A stretch of DNA of 64,000 bases, from the NCBI GenBank assembly GCA_963722735.1, contig CAVROH010000017.1, positions 51,075-115,074 of the forward strand, given 5' to 3'. The number at the start of each line of letters is the position of its first letter. Within the stretch, counting starts at the first letter, position 1. This document shows positions 31,227 to 41,092 of the stretch, in pieces. The DNA is from an uncultured Chloroflexia bacterium. GTDB taxonomy: Bacteria > Chloroflexota > Anaerolineae > Anaerolineales > UBA11579. The notes beneath the pieces were generated by a model, which had not been told where the DNA came from, did not search any database, and saw nothing but the letters and a program-made list of their open reading frames with translations. The position numbers and the translations under genes are program-made.

Positions 31227-32809
31227 CTATCTGAACAGCACCCCCTGCGGCAGGATCAGCCAGTAAAGCAGAAAGGCTTGCAACAACGCCGCCAGCCACG
31301 GACGCGCGCTGATCTTCTCCACCAGCGTGCCGGTGGCGATCGCCAGTCCGAGAATCACCAGCCCCTGCACGCTGCCTACCACCCCGGAGATAGACCCCAT
31401 TCCTGCCAAAAAGGCGGTGTACACGAAGAAGGGGAACAGTCCCACCAGCGCGTTGACCCACACCAGCCAGCCTTTGTCCTGGCTTGGCTGGCCCGGATGA
31501 TCTCGATCTCTTGTAGCCCGATGATGAACCCCAGGGCGGTGATCGGGGTGAAGACCAGCAGCCAGATCAAGCGGTGATTGAAGGGGAAGGTGTACCACCA
31601 GCCGGAGCGGGCCATCAGCGAGACTACCAGCAGTACTGCCAGGAAGATAAATCCCGCCAGGTAACCTTTCCTCTCATCCGATGCCGGGTTGCCAGTGAGC
31701 AGCAGCTTGCCCTCTACGCCCGGCACCCGCCCTTTGAGATACAGGAACCACATCAGCACCCCGTACCCGCCAAAGAAGCCGATATAGTACAGATTGAAGG
31801 CCGGCGTGCCCAACGGGGCAAAGAACACCGCCGAGGCGATCACTGCCCCGGGGATCAAGGCCGGGATCCACAGCAGCAACTTGCCCCCGATGAACCAGCC
31901 TACCCTGGTGATCTTCGCCTCTGGGGCGGGTGTTTGTTTGCGTTCCACCAGGCTAATGCCGGAGATCAGAGCGAGAAACAGACCTACCAATCCGAGGAAC
32001 CAGAAATTTACCTGGGGATGGAAGTATCCAAAGCGATGGTTATTCGTAGTTCCAGTGCGTAGATTTCATAATTATGTAACATTGGGATCAGCTAACCTAG
32101 ATGTCTTAAATATGGTGGATTTTCTTCCCTATCAAGTTTCTCCAATAACAATTAGCAGCGTCAGGAGTCAGAATATCGTCCCAGGTATCCGGAAATAAGG
32201 ATCACATTCGACTTCGGATTCTCCGGCCCCAAGGCCTGCACCCACTCCAGATCAGCATCTGAGGTGCCGGTGAAGAACTCGGCCTGCTGGTTGGTTATCA
32301 GGTTGACCTGTGTCCCCAGCAGGATCAGCGTTTTCGGCGGGGTATCCGTCATCGTGGCGGCTTGCAGCGCTACGCGTGCCCCCAGGCTGTGTCCCAGGTG
32401 GGTGATCTGGTCGGAGTGCAAGGCCACTCAGTTCCCTAAATTTAGCATCTGCTGCCAGCACCTGCTTCGCCATCCGGTCGGTGGCTGCGTTGTCGAAGTC
32501 CAGACCGCCGGGGCTGCGACCATGCCCGGAGAAGTCGAAGTGTCAGCACATGGTAGCCCGCATGGCGAAAATTCTGCAGCAATCGGCCGCAGCGCGGTTT
32601 GATCCGAGCCGAAGCCCTCCAGCAGCAGGATGCCCTTCTCAGAGGTCACCGGGGTAGTAGAACCCACCAGGGTATCATCCCCCGGCACTTCGATGGCGAT
32701 TTGCTGCCCGTTCGCCAGGGCATCATCCAGCCTGGAGAGGCCCAGCAGCGCCCCTGCCACCATCAGGATGCCGAGTACCAGTCCGATCTTCTTGAGTGTG
32801 TTTCTTCAT
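31227..32809 (-). pseudogene. alpha/beta-hydrolase domain fused to a C-terminal polytopic membrane domain; >=5 frame changes
   Basis: The N-terminus MKKHT|LKKIGLVLGILMVAGALLG (ATG 32809) is already shifted. Hydrolase pieces are 32428-32763 and 32161-32427 (GHSLGARVALQAA elbow). Membrane pieces are 31376-31990 and 31227-31598. An unlisted bridge, ..HRFGYFHPQVNFWFLGLVGLFLALISG, links the two halves. Confidence 0.55.
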
Positions 32810-32971
32810 TGTTTCTCCTCTGAACTATTGCCAGCTCACACCTCCATATTTTACCTCCTCCTCCTTGTATAGACCGGGCAGGTGGGGCGTTTTCGGAGAA
32901 GGGTCGGGGATGAGGTTGGTAAAAGTAATGAGGTAAGTAAAAACTAAAGTAAATTACCATAGGAGGAACCC

Positions 32972-35032
32972 ATGGAGCAGATCACCAACACCAGCTATAT
33001 CTTCAACAAAGAACCCGTCAAATTCCAGTTCAGGCGCCGCGAGGATGCGGTTCTAAGTGTATCAACTTCTTACCGTTTCATCAATATGCAGCCCCACGGC
33101 GACGGCATCGATCTTGAATTTGAGGGCGGCGCTTGAGCCTCACCCAGAAGGTGCGTAAGTTCAGCTTCCGCTGGCAGGGGGCGGGGATCGAGGTGCGCAT
33201 CCCGATTGAAGGCCGCTGGTTCGGACTTGGGAGAACTGGTCAACCAGCCCTGGGACCTAGGTAAGGTCATGCTCCAGCTCAGCGAGGTGCTGACCTCCGA
33301 TTCCGGCGCCACCGGCTATTCCAATCTGATGTCGCCGGTCTTCATCTCCGATTCCGGCGCGGCCCTGATCGTGCATTCCCCCTTCAAGCTGGGAATCAAC
33401 CAGCCACCTGGACAGCATTGATGAGCCTCCCGAGTATGTCTTTGGCGAGGAGATTCCCTTCGACCAGCGCCCCGCATTTGACACCCAAGGCATTGGGGAT
33501 GGGCACATCACCCTAGAAGGGGATGATCTCAGCTTCGATCTCTTCATCCTCAACGATCCGCTCTCTGCCCACCGCCGTCGTGATCGAGGAAGTCGGCCAC
33601 CCCAATCACACCCCGCCGCTGGAGCTTTTCGGTGCACCCGTCTGGACGACATGGGCGCAGTATAAAGACGCGATCGATGAAGAAACGGTGCTCGATTTCG
33701 CCAACCAGATCATCTCTAACCGCTTCCCATTCCAGGTGCTGGAGATCGATGACAAGTGGCAGACCACCTATGGGGATTTTGAGTTCGATCCGGCCAAATT
33801 CCCGACCCCGCATGCGATGATCGACCAGCTCCATCAGCAGGGCTTCAAGGTCACCTGTTGGGTGCATCCTTTCCTCCATCCAGAATCCAAAGCCGCCGCG
33901 GAGGGTGCTGAGAAGGGCTATCTGATGAAGGACCCGAGCGGGCGAGCCTTACCTGATCAAGTGGTGGCAGGGAAGCGGCTACCTGCTGGATGCCACCAAC
34001 CCCGCCGCCATGGACTGGTTCGGCAGGAACCTGCGCCGCCTCCAGGAGCGAACCGGCCTGGACGGCTTCAAGTTCGACGGCGGGGAGGCGGTGTATATCC
34101 CCAAAGATGCCGTGCTCCACAAACCCGGCGACTCCCGCAACCAGTATTCCCATGACTACGTCGATTGGGTCAGCCGCAATTACAGCCTCTGCGAGGTGCG
34201 CACTGGCTGGCAGAATCAGACCTCTCCAATCCTCTTCCGCCTGTGGGACCTGTGGTCCACCTGGGGCGCGGATAACGGCCTGCGCTGCGATCATCCCTGC
34301 CACCCTGCAGCTTTCGCTGATCGGCTATCCCTTCACCTTCCCGGATATGATCGGCGGCAACGGCTATTTCACGTTCCCGAAGAATAAGCTGCTGCTCAAC
34401 CTGATCAACAACGTGATCATCCCGGTGATGGAACGCCGCAAGCAGGAATCCACCGGTGATGAGGAGGTTGGCGTGCATGCCTCGGATGTGCCTGAATTCA
34501 TCGCCAAGAAAGCCATGTTTGGCTGGCCGACTGGGGAGTTGCTCATCCGCTGGACACAGCTCAATGCCCTCATGCCGGTGATGCAGTTCTCGATCACTCC
34601 CTGGCAGTTTGGCGAGGAATGTACCGACATCTGCCGCAAGTACGCCGACCTGCACCTGGAATTCACGCCGACTGTTCGAAGAGCTTGCCCAGAATGCTGC
34701 CAAAACCGGCGAACCGATCGTCCGCCCGGTCTTCTTCCTCGCCCCGGATGACCCTGCTGCCCTGGACTGTGCCCAGCAGTTCCTAATTGGTGATGATCTG
34801 CTGGTCGCCCCCGTGGTGGAGAAAGGTGCTCGTCAAGCGCGATATCTACTTCCCACCTGGCGCCTGGCGTGACCACTGGACTGGCGAGGTCTACCAAGGC
34901 CCGCAGACTGTGAAGGATTTCCCCGCCCCGCTGGACATGTTTGCCCTTCTTCCACCGGGAAGAGGAATCAGCTCTGAAAGGGCGCCGCGGTTCAATCGGA
35001 AGCATTCTCTCGGGAAAAACTGGTTTTCCTGA
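32972..35032 (+). pseudogene. GH31 family glycoside hydrolase; >=7 frame changes, 3' end uncertain
   Basis: AGGAGG-aaccc-ATG at 32972 (MEQITNTSYIFNKEP...). Pieces are in ORFs 33206-33421, 33523-34155 (EIDDKWQTTYGDFEFDPAKFP, GFKVTCWVHPF), 34010-34387 (GLDGFKFDGGEA nucleophile region), 33990-34751, 34609-34872 and 34787-35032. Confidence 0.75.
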
Positions 35033-35095
35033 TCACTGCGTGCCTAAGTGCCTAATCCCCATTCACCAATCACGGTGGGCTGTGCCCATCTCCTG

Positions 35096-35101
35096 TATAA
35101 T
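35096..35101 (+). promoter_or_regulatory. candidate -10 box (TATAAT) 6 nt before the methyltransferase ATG (leaderless mRNA candidate)
   Basis: cctgTATAATcaacccATG. There is no SD between the box and the start. Confidence 0.35.
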
Positions 35102-35107
35102 CAACCC

Positions 35108-35993
35108 ATGGCAAGCAAACCCACCCGTACCTCCGACTTCGGCGTCAGCAAGCGCGAGGCCCACGATTCCTCGGGTTTCTACAACAGCAGGCTCTACCAG
35201 AACTTGGACATGGCCGCTGAGATTCCCGCTTGAAGAGCTTGCCAATATTCCCGTGCCCGAACCCGGCGAGTGGGCTGACCAGCTTTACTGCCAATCCTCG
35301 GAGCAGATGACCCAGATCCCCGACAACAGCATCGGGCTGGCGGTTACCTCGCCCCCTTACAACGCCAGCAAGCAGTATGACGACGATCTCTCCCTGGAGG
35401 AGTATCTCACTCTATCCGGGCAGTTGGAGCGGAGGTCTACCGCACCCTGCGTCCCGGCGGGCGCTATGCGATCAATATCGCCAATCTGGGGCGCAAGCCT
35501 TATATCCCCCTGACCGCTTATTTCTACCAGATCCACCTGGAACTTGGCTTCCTGCCGATGGGCGAGGTCATCTGGCAGAAGGGTAAAGGCGCTTCCAACA
35601 GCACCGCCTGGGGAGCTGGATGAATGCCAGATCCCCGCGCCTGCGCGACCTGCATGAATACATCCTGGTTTTTGCCAAGCAGGCTTTCACCCGCCCGGAT
35701 AAGGGGAGAATCGGATATCAGTAAAGAGGAGTTCATGGCCGGCACGCTCTCCGTCTGGGAGATTGCTCCCGGAATCGGCCAAACGCATCGGCCACCCGGC
35801 CCCTTACCCGGTGGCCCTGGTGGACCGCCTGATCCGATTGCTCAGCTATCAGGGGGATGTGATCCTCGATCCCTTCCTCGGCTCTGGCACCACCGCCGTC
35901 GCTGCCGCCCAATCCGGCCGGCATTATGTTGGCTATGACACCAGCCAGGAATATATCGAACTGGCAAAAAAGCGAATCTCAGAAGGAATATGA
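35108..35993 (+). pseudogene. beta-class N4/N6 DNA methyltransferase (SPPY motif suggests N4-cytosine); 5 frame changes
   Basis: Frame path is 2->0->2->1->2->0, with breaks at about 35225, 35430, 35612, 35700 and 35770. Motif IV is [17 protein letters not shown]. The middle reads [36 protein letters not shown]...HEYILVFAK. The C-terminus [38 protein letters not shown] carries motif I. Motif IV before motif I is the beta arrangement. Confidence 0.8.
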
Positions 35994-36014
35994 AAATCGG
36001 TAAACCATTGCATT

Positions 36015-36272
36015 ATGGCAAAACTAAAACTTGACCTGCATGAAATTTATAACCGGGGATACAAAATTGATACTGAACTCAATCGCGTCATCCAGGAAGC
36101 CATCGAAAAACGGATCAGTTTGGTTGAGATAATCCCAGGAAAAGGCAGCGGTCAATTGAAGAAAAAAGTGCTTCGTTTTCTCAATCAGCCAGAGATCAAA
36201 AAGCTATATCATCGGGTTGAAAAAGATGATAAAAATCATGGCCGCATCTTCGTCCATTTTCGGCATAAATAA
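36015..36272 (+). CDS. small Smr-like domain protein (85 aa)
   Basis: KLDLHE (compare the LDLHG motif), then VEIIPGKGSGQLKKKVLRFL (compare HGxGxG.L...V) and HGRIFVHF at the C-terminus. It starts 21 nt after the MTase stop on the same strand. I see no obvious SD. Confidence 0.6.
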   Translation: MAKLKLDLHEIYNRGYKIDTELNRVIQEAIEKRISLVEIIPGKGSGQLKKKVLRFLNQPEIKKLYHRVEKDDKNHGRIFVHFRHK

Positions 36273-36443
36273 TTTCCAAACTTGAGATTAAGAAGTAGGG
36301 ACAGGTCGACTCGACCTGTCCCTACCCAAAAGATTGAGAGATTTATTCTACGCTGCCTCAGCCCTGGCAGCCATCTCATCGCGCAGTGACTGGATATCCT
36401 TGTCAATAAAACGCAGCGCACGCAGGCCGTCACGTTGATCCAC
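36252..36443. repeat. diverged direct repeat, copy A (smr 3' end + hairpin + remnant of the MFS 3' end)
   Basis: Aligns by hand to 38598-38818 at roughly 85% identity. Shared blocks are GGCATAAATAA, CCAAACTTGAGATTAA, AGGGACAGGTCGA..ACCTGTCCCTA, CCAAAAGAT, GCCCTGGCAGCCAT.TCATCGCGCAGTGACTGGATATCC and AAAACGCAGCGC. Copy A lacks about 24 bp (GTAGATGAAGAAGCACACCACCCA) that copy B has. On the minus strand it encodes only an MFS tail remnant, ..DIQSLRDEMAARAEAA*. Confidence 0.7.
36297..36323. terminator. bidirectional hairpin terminator (within repeat copy A)
   Basis: AGGGACAGGTCGA-c-TCGACCTGTCCCT is a perfect palindrome, 25 nt after the smr stop. Confidence 0.6.
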
Positions 36444-36497
36444 AGGTGCCTTGTAATTTCGTAGTTGACAATAAAATTCAACCCATCACTTCAGGAC

Positions 36498-38361
36498 TCA
36501 TATTGCTGGCACGAAGCGCTCCCGAGTTACCCATCGTACTTGATTCTCACGGTATTTCGCACGTTGATAGAATGGATACCATTTGCCAGGTGGATCAATG
36601 GAAACCACGTCATTCCCTTTGATGATCAGCGTATAAGGAACCTCTCCGATAGTTGTTTCAACAGTACGCTCGAAGATCGGAAAAGTAACGGTCACAAAGT
36701 CTTCCGCAATAACAGACCCTATCAACGCATATCGTCCTTGAAAAGCCAGCGGCCTTGGTTCATCATTCACCAATGCCGACACTTCACCCGGCTTCACCCA
36801 CTCAGGGATTCGAACCTCCAGATCGCATGCGGCCTTCATCTTTACATCCACTCGCCCCTCATAAGGCACATAGCTATCTACGTCTGCCCAGGGCGAGGCG
36901 CGGTTGAGCAGCAAGTGAACGGTGAGGGTATTATTTGTAAATCGATCATTCTCTCCCAGACATAATACAGCGCCCGCCCTGCATTGCCTATGCAGCAAAA
37001 GGTTGTGCCTTGTATATCTCCTATGTACCAGTCATTGGCACCGGCCCAACTGGCAAACGAGCCGATGAGCTTCTCGGAGACGCGGTCTGCATCATCGTTC
37101 GTTTCCAGCGGTGTGGGAGGGAAGGTCGCGGCCAACTGATCGATCCACTCGCCATCCAGCAACTGCATTTCGACGAACTGATTGCGCAGGTAGCGATCGA
37201 CATCATCCCAGTAATCCCCCTGCTGCGCTTCCGTCAGAGTCATGGCTATCTGGATCATGTCGGCGGTGCAGCAGGTCTCGCAATCAACATACGGACGGTC
37301 ATCCGGCCAATCGTTGATGTATTCAGGGAAAAAGCCAACCAGCGGCGAGCCGGTCTCACGCGCCCATTCGTAGCTGGTCCGGGCAAAAGCGGCGAATTCC
37401 CGGTCGCCCGCAGCGGCGGCATAGTCCGAAATACCTTCCAAAGCGTTGCCCGGATGGTGAAAATGCTGCGCCATGCCCATTGGCGTAGCAATGAAGCGTC
37501 CCTGGCTATCAAAGATCTTGGCATGATCTTTCAAATAACGGGCCAGCTTACCGGCCAACTCCAGGGCTTCTGGTAATTGTGTCGTCCGGTACATCTTCGT
37601 CAGGCCTTGCAGCGCCCACCCAGCCCAGGTGGCACCCCAGCCTGTTGGCATACCTCTCTGGGCATTCGGTAGGTAGCAATAATCATCCCGATAAACCACC
37701 TCCTGCATGGCATGCTCAATCCTCTGTTTGCATAAGCTCAACCAACACGGATCCCCTTCGATCTGGTAATTATTCCCCAGCCAGCCAAGCATCCGGCCAT
37801 GATCAGCTCCCCACCATTCATTAAAGTGGAAAATCTCGAGATAAAGGCGTCGCCATGCCTGGTCCACATGTTGATTGACCGTATTACCGGTCATATAACG
37901 CAACAAGGCCGTCGCTTCAAAATATTTGCCAACGACTGGGTTTGTATCCCGCAGTCTAGGAGGGTTCAGAGCGATATACATATTCTCGTATGGTGCATAG
38001 TTATTGTTTGGGTCAGTGCAGTTGGTCATAGCTGTTGATGACCAATTCTGCCCGCTGCTGGAGGTCCAGAGTATCTGGGACTTTGGCGCTATAATGCTTT
38101 CCTTGCACCGGTGGCATGGGAGCAAGGTACCAGCGGGTCTTTACAAGTGGGGATGGGTGAGGGTGCTGGGGGTGGGGTGTTTGTTGGTAATGGGTCGGAG
38201 TGTCTGAAGGTAATGGCTCCGGGTATGGCGGATTGGTTCCGGTCGTGATCGGTTTGCTCCGGGCGAAGACCACATGCCGACAACACAAAGCTCAAAGACG
38301 CTGCCCCACTCAATTTAAGAAAATCATGACGCGAGATCTTCTTTGATTTATCATTTGCCAT
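36498..38361 (-). pseudogene. GH127-like / DUF1680 family protein (beta-L-arabinofuranosidase-like) with a Tat-like lipoprotein signal; >=3 frame changes
   Basis: Fragments are 38089-38361 (MANDKSKKISRHDFLKLSGAASLSFVLSACG), 38013-38288, 36878-38125 and 36498-36998. The GH127 zinc/catalytic Cys motifs YVDCETCC and TTFCCIGNAGR are present. AAGGAGG RBS upstream. Confidence 0.6.
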
Positions 38362-38378
38362 AGCATCCTCCTTTTTGG

Positions 38379-38408
38379 ATTATGACGCCCAGCTGGTTGA
38401 TTAGCCAA
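38379..38408 (-). promoter_or_regulatory. candidate sigma70-type promoter of the GH127-like gene (TTGGCT-18-CATAAT)
   Basis: The minus strand reads TTGGCTaatcaaccagctgggcgtCATAATccaaaaaGGAGGatgctATG. Confidence 0.3.
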
Positions 38409-38597
38409 CAGCTCTATGTGTGAAATCTAGTAAAAAAATTTGTATTTGATTCAAAATCGGTCTTTGAAATGAAAAATGTTTCTCAAAAAAATAGTTTCCT
38501 CAAAAAATATTTTGTTAATGTGCAATGCTGGAGCTTATCCGGAAAACGTTAGGGTAATTTATTGTACAATATTTCAGTCCGCTATTTCAACATATTG

Positions 38598-38818
38598 TAT
38601 CCATCTCCGGCATAAATAAAATCCAAACTTGAGATTAAATAAGTTAGGGACAGGTCGATTCTACCTGTCCCTAACCAAAAGATATGGAAAATTTTTCTAC
38701 GCCGCCTCCGCCCTGGCAGCCATTTCATCGCGCAGTGACTGGATATCCGTATCCACAAAACGCAGCGCTCCCAGGTAGATGAAGAAGCACACCACCCAGG
38801 CCGTAACACTGATCCACA
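38598..38818. repeat. diverged direct repeat, copy B (smr-3'-like remnant + hairpin + authentic MFS 3' end)
   Basis: See copy A. This copy starts with ATCCATCTCCGGCATAAATAA, which matches the last codons of smr (GTCCATTTTCGGCATAAATAA) although no smr gene precedes it. Confidence 0.7.
38645..38673. terminator. hairpin terminator of the MFS gene (within repeat copy B)
   Basis: TAGGGACAGGT-cgattct-ACCTGTCCCTA, with an 11-bp stem, 24 nt past the MFS stop at 38697. Confidence 0.6.
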
Positions 38819-39981
38819 CGATGGCGGTGCCCATATTGAATGCGTCGGCAATGACCCCGGCCAGGATCGGCGCAAAGGCTGCTCCGCTGTTCTCGATGAA
38901 ATATTCCACCGACTGCGCCGTAGAGCGCACTTCAGGCACGGTCACATCGTAGATCGTCGAGAGCACATTGGGGGATGACAGCGGCATGAAGATCGCCGTC
39001 AGGGACATGAAGAACAAGGAACTGGTCTGGGTTTCGATCGGGGAATTCATCGCCAGCAGCAGGAAGATCGCCCCCATGATCACACCGCGTGCTTGAGACG
39101 ATGATGCGACCTTTGCGGGTCTTCTTGAAGGCCCAGTCGCCCAGTGTCCCGCCGACAAAGTACCCGGCATGCCAGGATCAGCACCATCGGCACCATGGTG
39201 AACAGCACTGCGTTCTCATCGTAGCCGCGCTCCTTGGCCAGGTAGTCGAAGAAGAAATAGGTGATCACGTTCCAGGGGAATACGCCTGCAAAACCCTGGC
39301 CGAAAATGAACCACATCGTCTTCTTTTTGAAGATCGCTTTGGCCTGCTTCCCAGGAGAACTTGAACTGGGCGCATCTCTTCCATACCGGCAAATTCGGGC
39401 TCGGATTTGCCGCGCGGCATTTCTTTGACGCCGAAGAAGATCACGATGGCGATCACGATCCCCATCCCGCCGGTGATATAGTACACATTCCGCCAGCCCA
39501 GCCCCGGTGCGACCATCAGGGCTAGCACCATCCCCAGCAGGTAGCCGATCGGCTGGCTGAACTGCAGGATGCCGTAGACTTTGGATCGGGTGGTGGGTTC
39601 GAAATAGTCCGCCACCAGGGAGTATAGCCCGGGGTAGGAAGAATCGTCCACGCCGGTGCTGGCACGCGTGGCCACAAACCCGCCGTAGGTGCGCACCACC
39701 GCACTCAGCCAGGTGGTTGCCCCCCAGATGAACGAGGCCAGCGCCAGCAGTTTGGCGCGTGCAAAACGGTCGTACAGGTAGCCCCAGATCGGGTACAGGA
39801 TCGTGCCTACGATCAGCGCGCCGGAGATCACCATCCCGAACTGGGTATTGGTGATCCCAAACTCCTCACTGATCGGTCCCTTCAGCGGCCCGATCAGCAG
39901 CTTGTCGGTCTGGTGAAGCAGCATGAAGAAGAAGAAAATTACGACAACACTCCAACGATTACGCGGCTTTTTCTCAGCCAT
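38697..39981 (-). pseudogene. MFS transporter; >=3 frame changes
   Basis: Fragments are 39265-39981 (LLHQTDKLLIGPL..., GYLYDRFARAKLL, TRASTGVDDSSYPG), 39080-39316 and 38697-39170, with one more shift at about 39170. Confidence 0.75.
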
Positions 39982-40175
39982 GTACGCCTCCTTGGCATTG
40001 GGAATACAGAAAGTTTACACCAAACTGCCCAGCTTGACTATAATTAATCGCATCATGAGGAGAACTGGATCCGAAAATTAGAACAAAGAGAACCAATTGC
40101 CCCGCCGTTATGGCGAGGTGCGTGACCTGCCAGGCGCCGAAATCACCGAAACCGACCTCGGCAAACCCACCTTGC

Positions 40176-40520
40176 CTACACTTGAACCACGCAGAATGTA
40201 TTCCCGTCCGGATCAGCCAGCACGACATAATCCGCACTTGGCTCATAGCGCCAATCCACTTTGGTCGCGCCAAGTTTCAGCAAACGCTCCACCTCTTTTT
40301 TCTGATCGCTGGTGAACAGATCTATATGATGTCGTTTCGGTTTTTCGGAGGTAATGGCTGAATTCAGGGATAACTGAACACCGCTCCCTTCTTTCGGAAT
40401 TAGGATCGCAAAATTGACATCTGGCGCACGTTTCAGTTTGCTAATTCAGGGCATTACTCCAAAACTTGATACTTCGTTAAGGTCTTTTACCCCCCATACA
40501 ATCGATCCGATTTTTAACAT
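40176..40520 (-). pseudogene. VOC (glyoxalase/bleomycin-resistance-like) family protein; two compensating indels create an in-frame TGA
   Basis: Not in the ORF track. The reverse strand from 40520 reads MLKIGSIVWGVKDLNEVSSFGVMP*ISKLKRAPDVNFAILIPKEGSGVQLSLNSAITSEKPKRHHIDLFTSDQKKEVERLLKLGATKVDWRYEPSADYVVLADPDGNTFCVVQV*. Shifting by one base across about 40440-40470 gives ..NE.IKFWSNALNYKLKR.., the usual VOC N-terminus. Confidence 0.55.
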
Positions 40521-40558
40521 GTCTTTATCTCCTGATATTTGAGTACTACGGATCTCAG

Positions 40559-41092
40559 TCACCTACTCGATTTCCACGTCTCCCCAACTGTGGCAAAGTC
40601 CTTCACACTCTGGTAGAAGATCGGCTTGCGCTTGGCTGGCGGCTTGTTGCCATGCACATGGACTACATCCATCACGAATAGGGCAAAAGTCCCCGACAGC
40701 CCCTCCAGCTCCTCGGAGAGCACAGTCTCAAAGACAATCTCCGCTCCCTCGATCAGTTTGGTATAGATCAGCTTTTCCGCCGGGATCAATGTGCGTTGCA
40801 ATTCCTCGGCCTTGTTGGTCGTCTCCCCGCTGAGATGGCCGGCCGCGTCGATCCAGTCGCGTTCCTCCCAGGGGAAGAAATGTAAAGCGGCTTCCTGGTA
40901 CTCGCGCAGTAGATTGAGGGTATGATTCCCCACCTGCATGCACAGCAGAAACCGGAAGGGTTCCTTCGAGATCACCGTCCAGTAGCCCATCGGCATGAAG
41001 TTCTCCCCGCAGGAGAGCACCAGCACTTGCTGGGGGAAGAATTTGGAAGTAAATTCCGCAGTATCCGCTTTTTTGTTTAATTTTGGCAGCAT
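40559..41092 (-). CDS. flavin reductase-like (FMN-binding split-barrel) protein (tentative)
   Basis: ORF 40559-41398; plausible start MLPKLNKK at 41092. FFPQQVLVLSCGENFMPMGYWTVISKEPFRFLLCM resembles flavin reductase-like domains. The upstream part of the ORF is low-complexity spacer sequence. Confidence 0.5.
   Translation of the reverse strand: MLPKLNKKADTAEFTSKFFPQQVLVLSCGENFMPMGYWTVISKEPFRFLLCMQVGNHTLNLLREYQEAALHFFPWEERDWIDAAGHLSGETTNKAEELQRTLIPAEKLIYTKLIEGAEIVFETVLSEELEGLSGTFALFVMDVVHVHGNKPPAKRKPIFYQSVKDFATVGETWKSSR

Noticed and set aside
36236-36481. Two small minus-strand ORFs (36236-36481 and 38582-38875) with similar products (..RISSHCAM(R/K)WLPG..)
   Set aside because: The similarity comes from translating the two copies of the direct repeat in a wrong frame. 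The real coding content there is the MFS C-terminus (..DIQSLRDEMAARAEAA*), so these are not a paralogous gene pair.
40449-40451. In-frame TGA in the VOC gene, considered as possible selenocysteine, stop-codon recoding or an alternative genetic code
   Set aside because: The ~10 codons upstream of the TGA are nonsense in this frame, while a shifted frame gives the conserved IKFWSNALNYKLKR. This is a compensating indel pair, there is no SECIS-like context, and other genes end at TGA normally.
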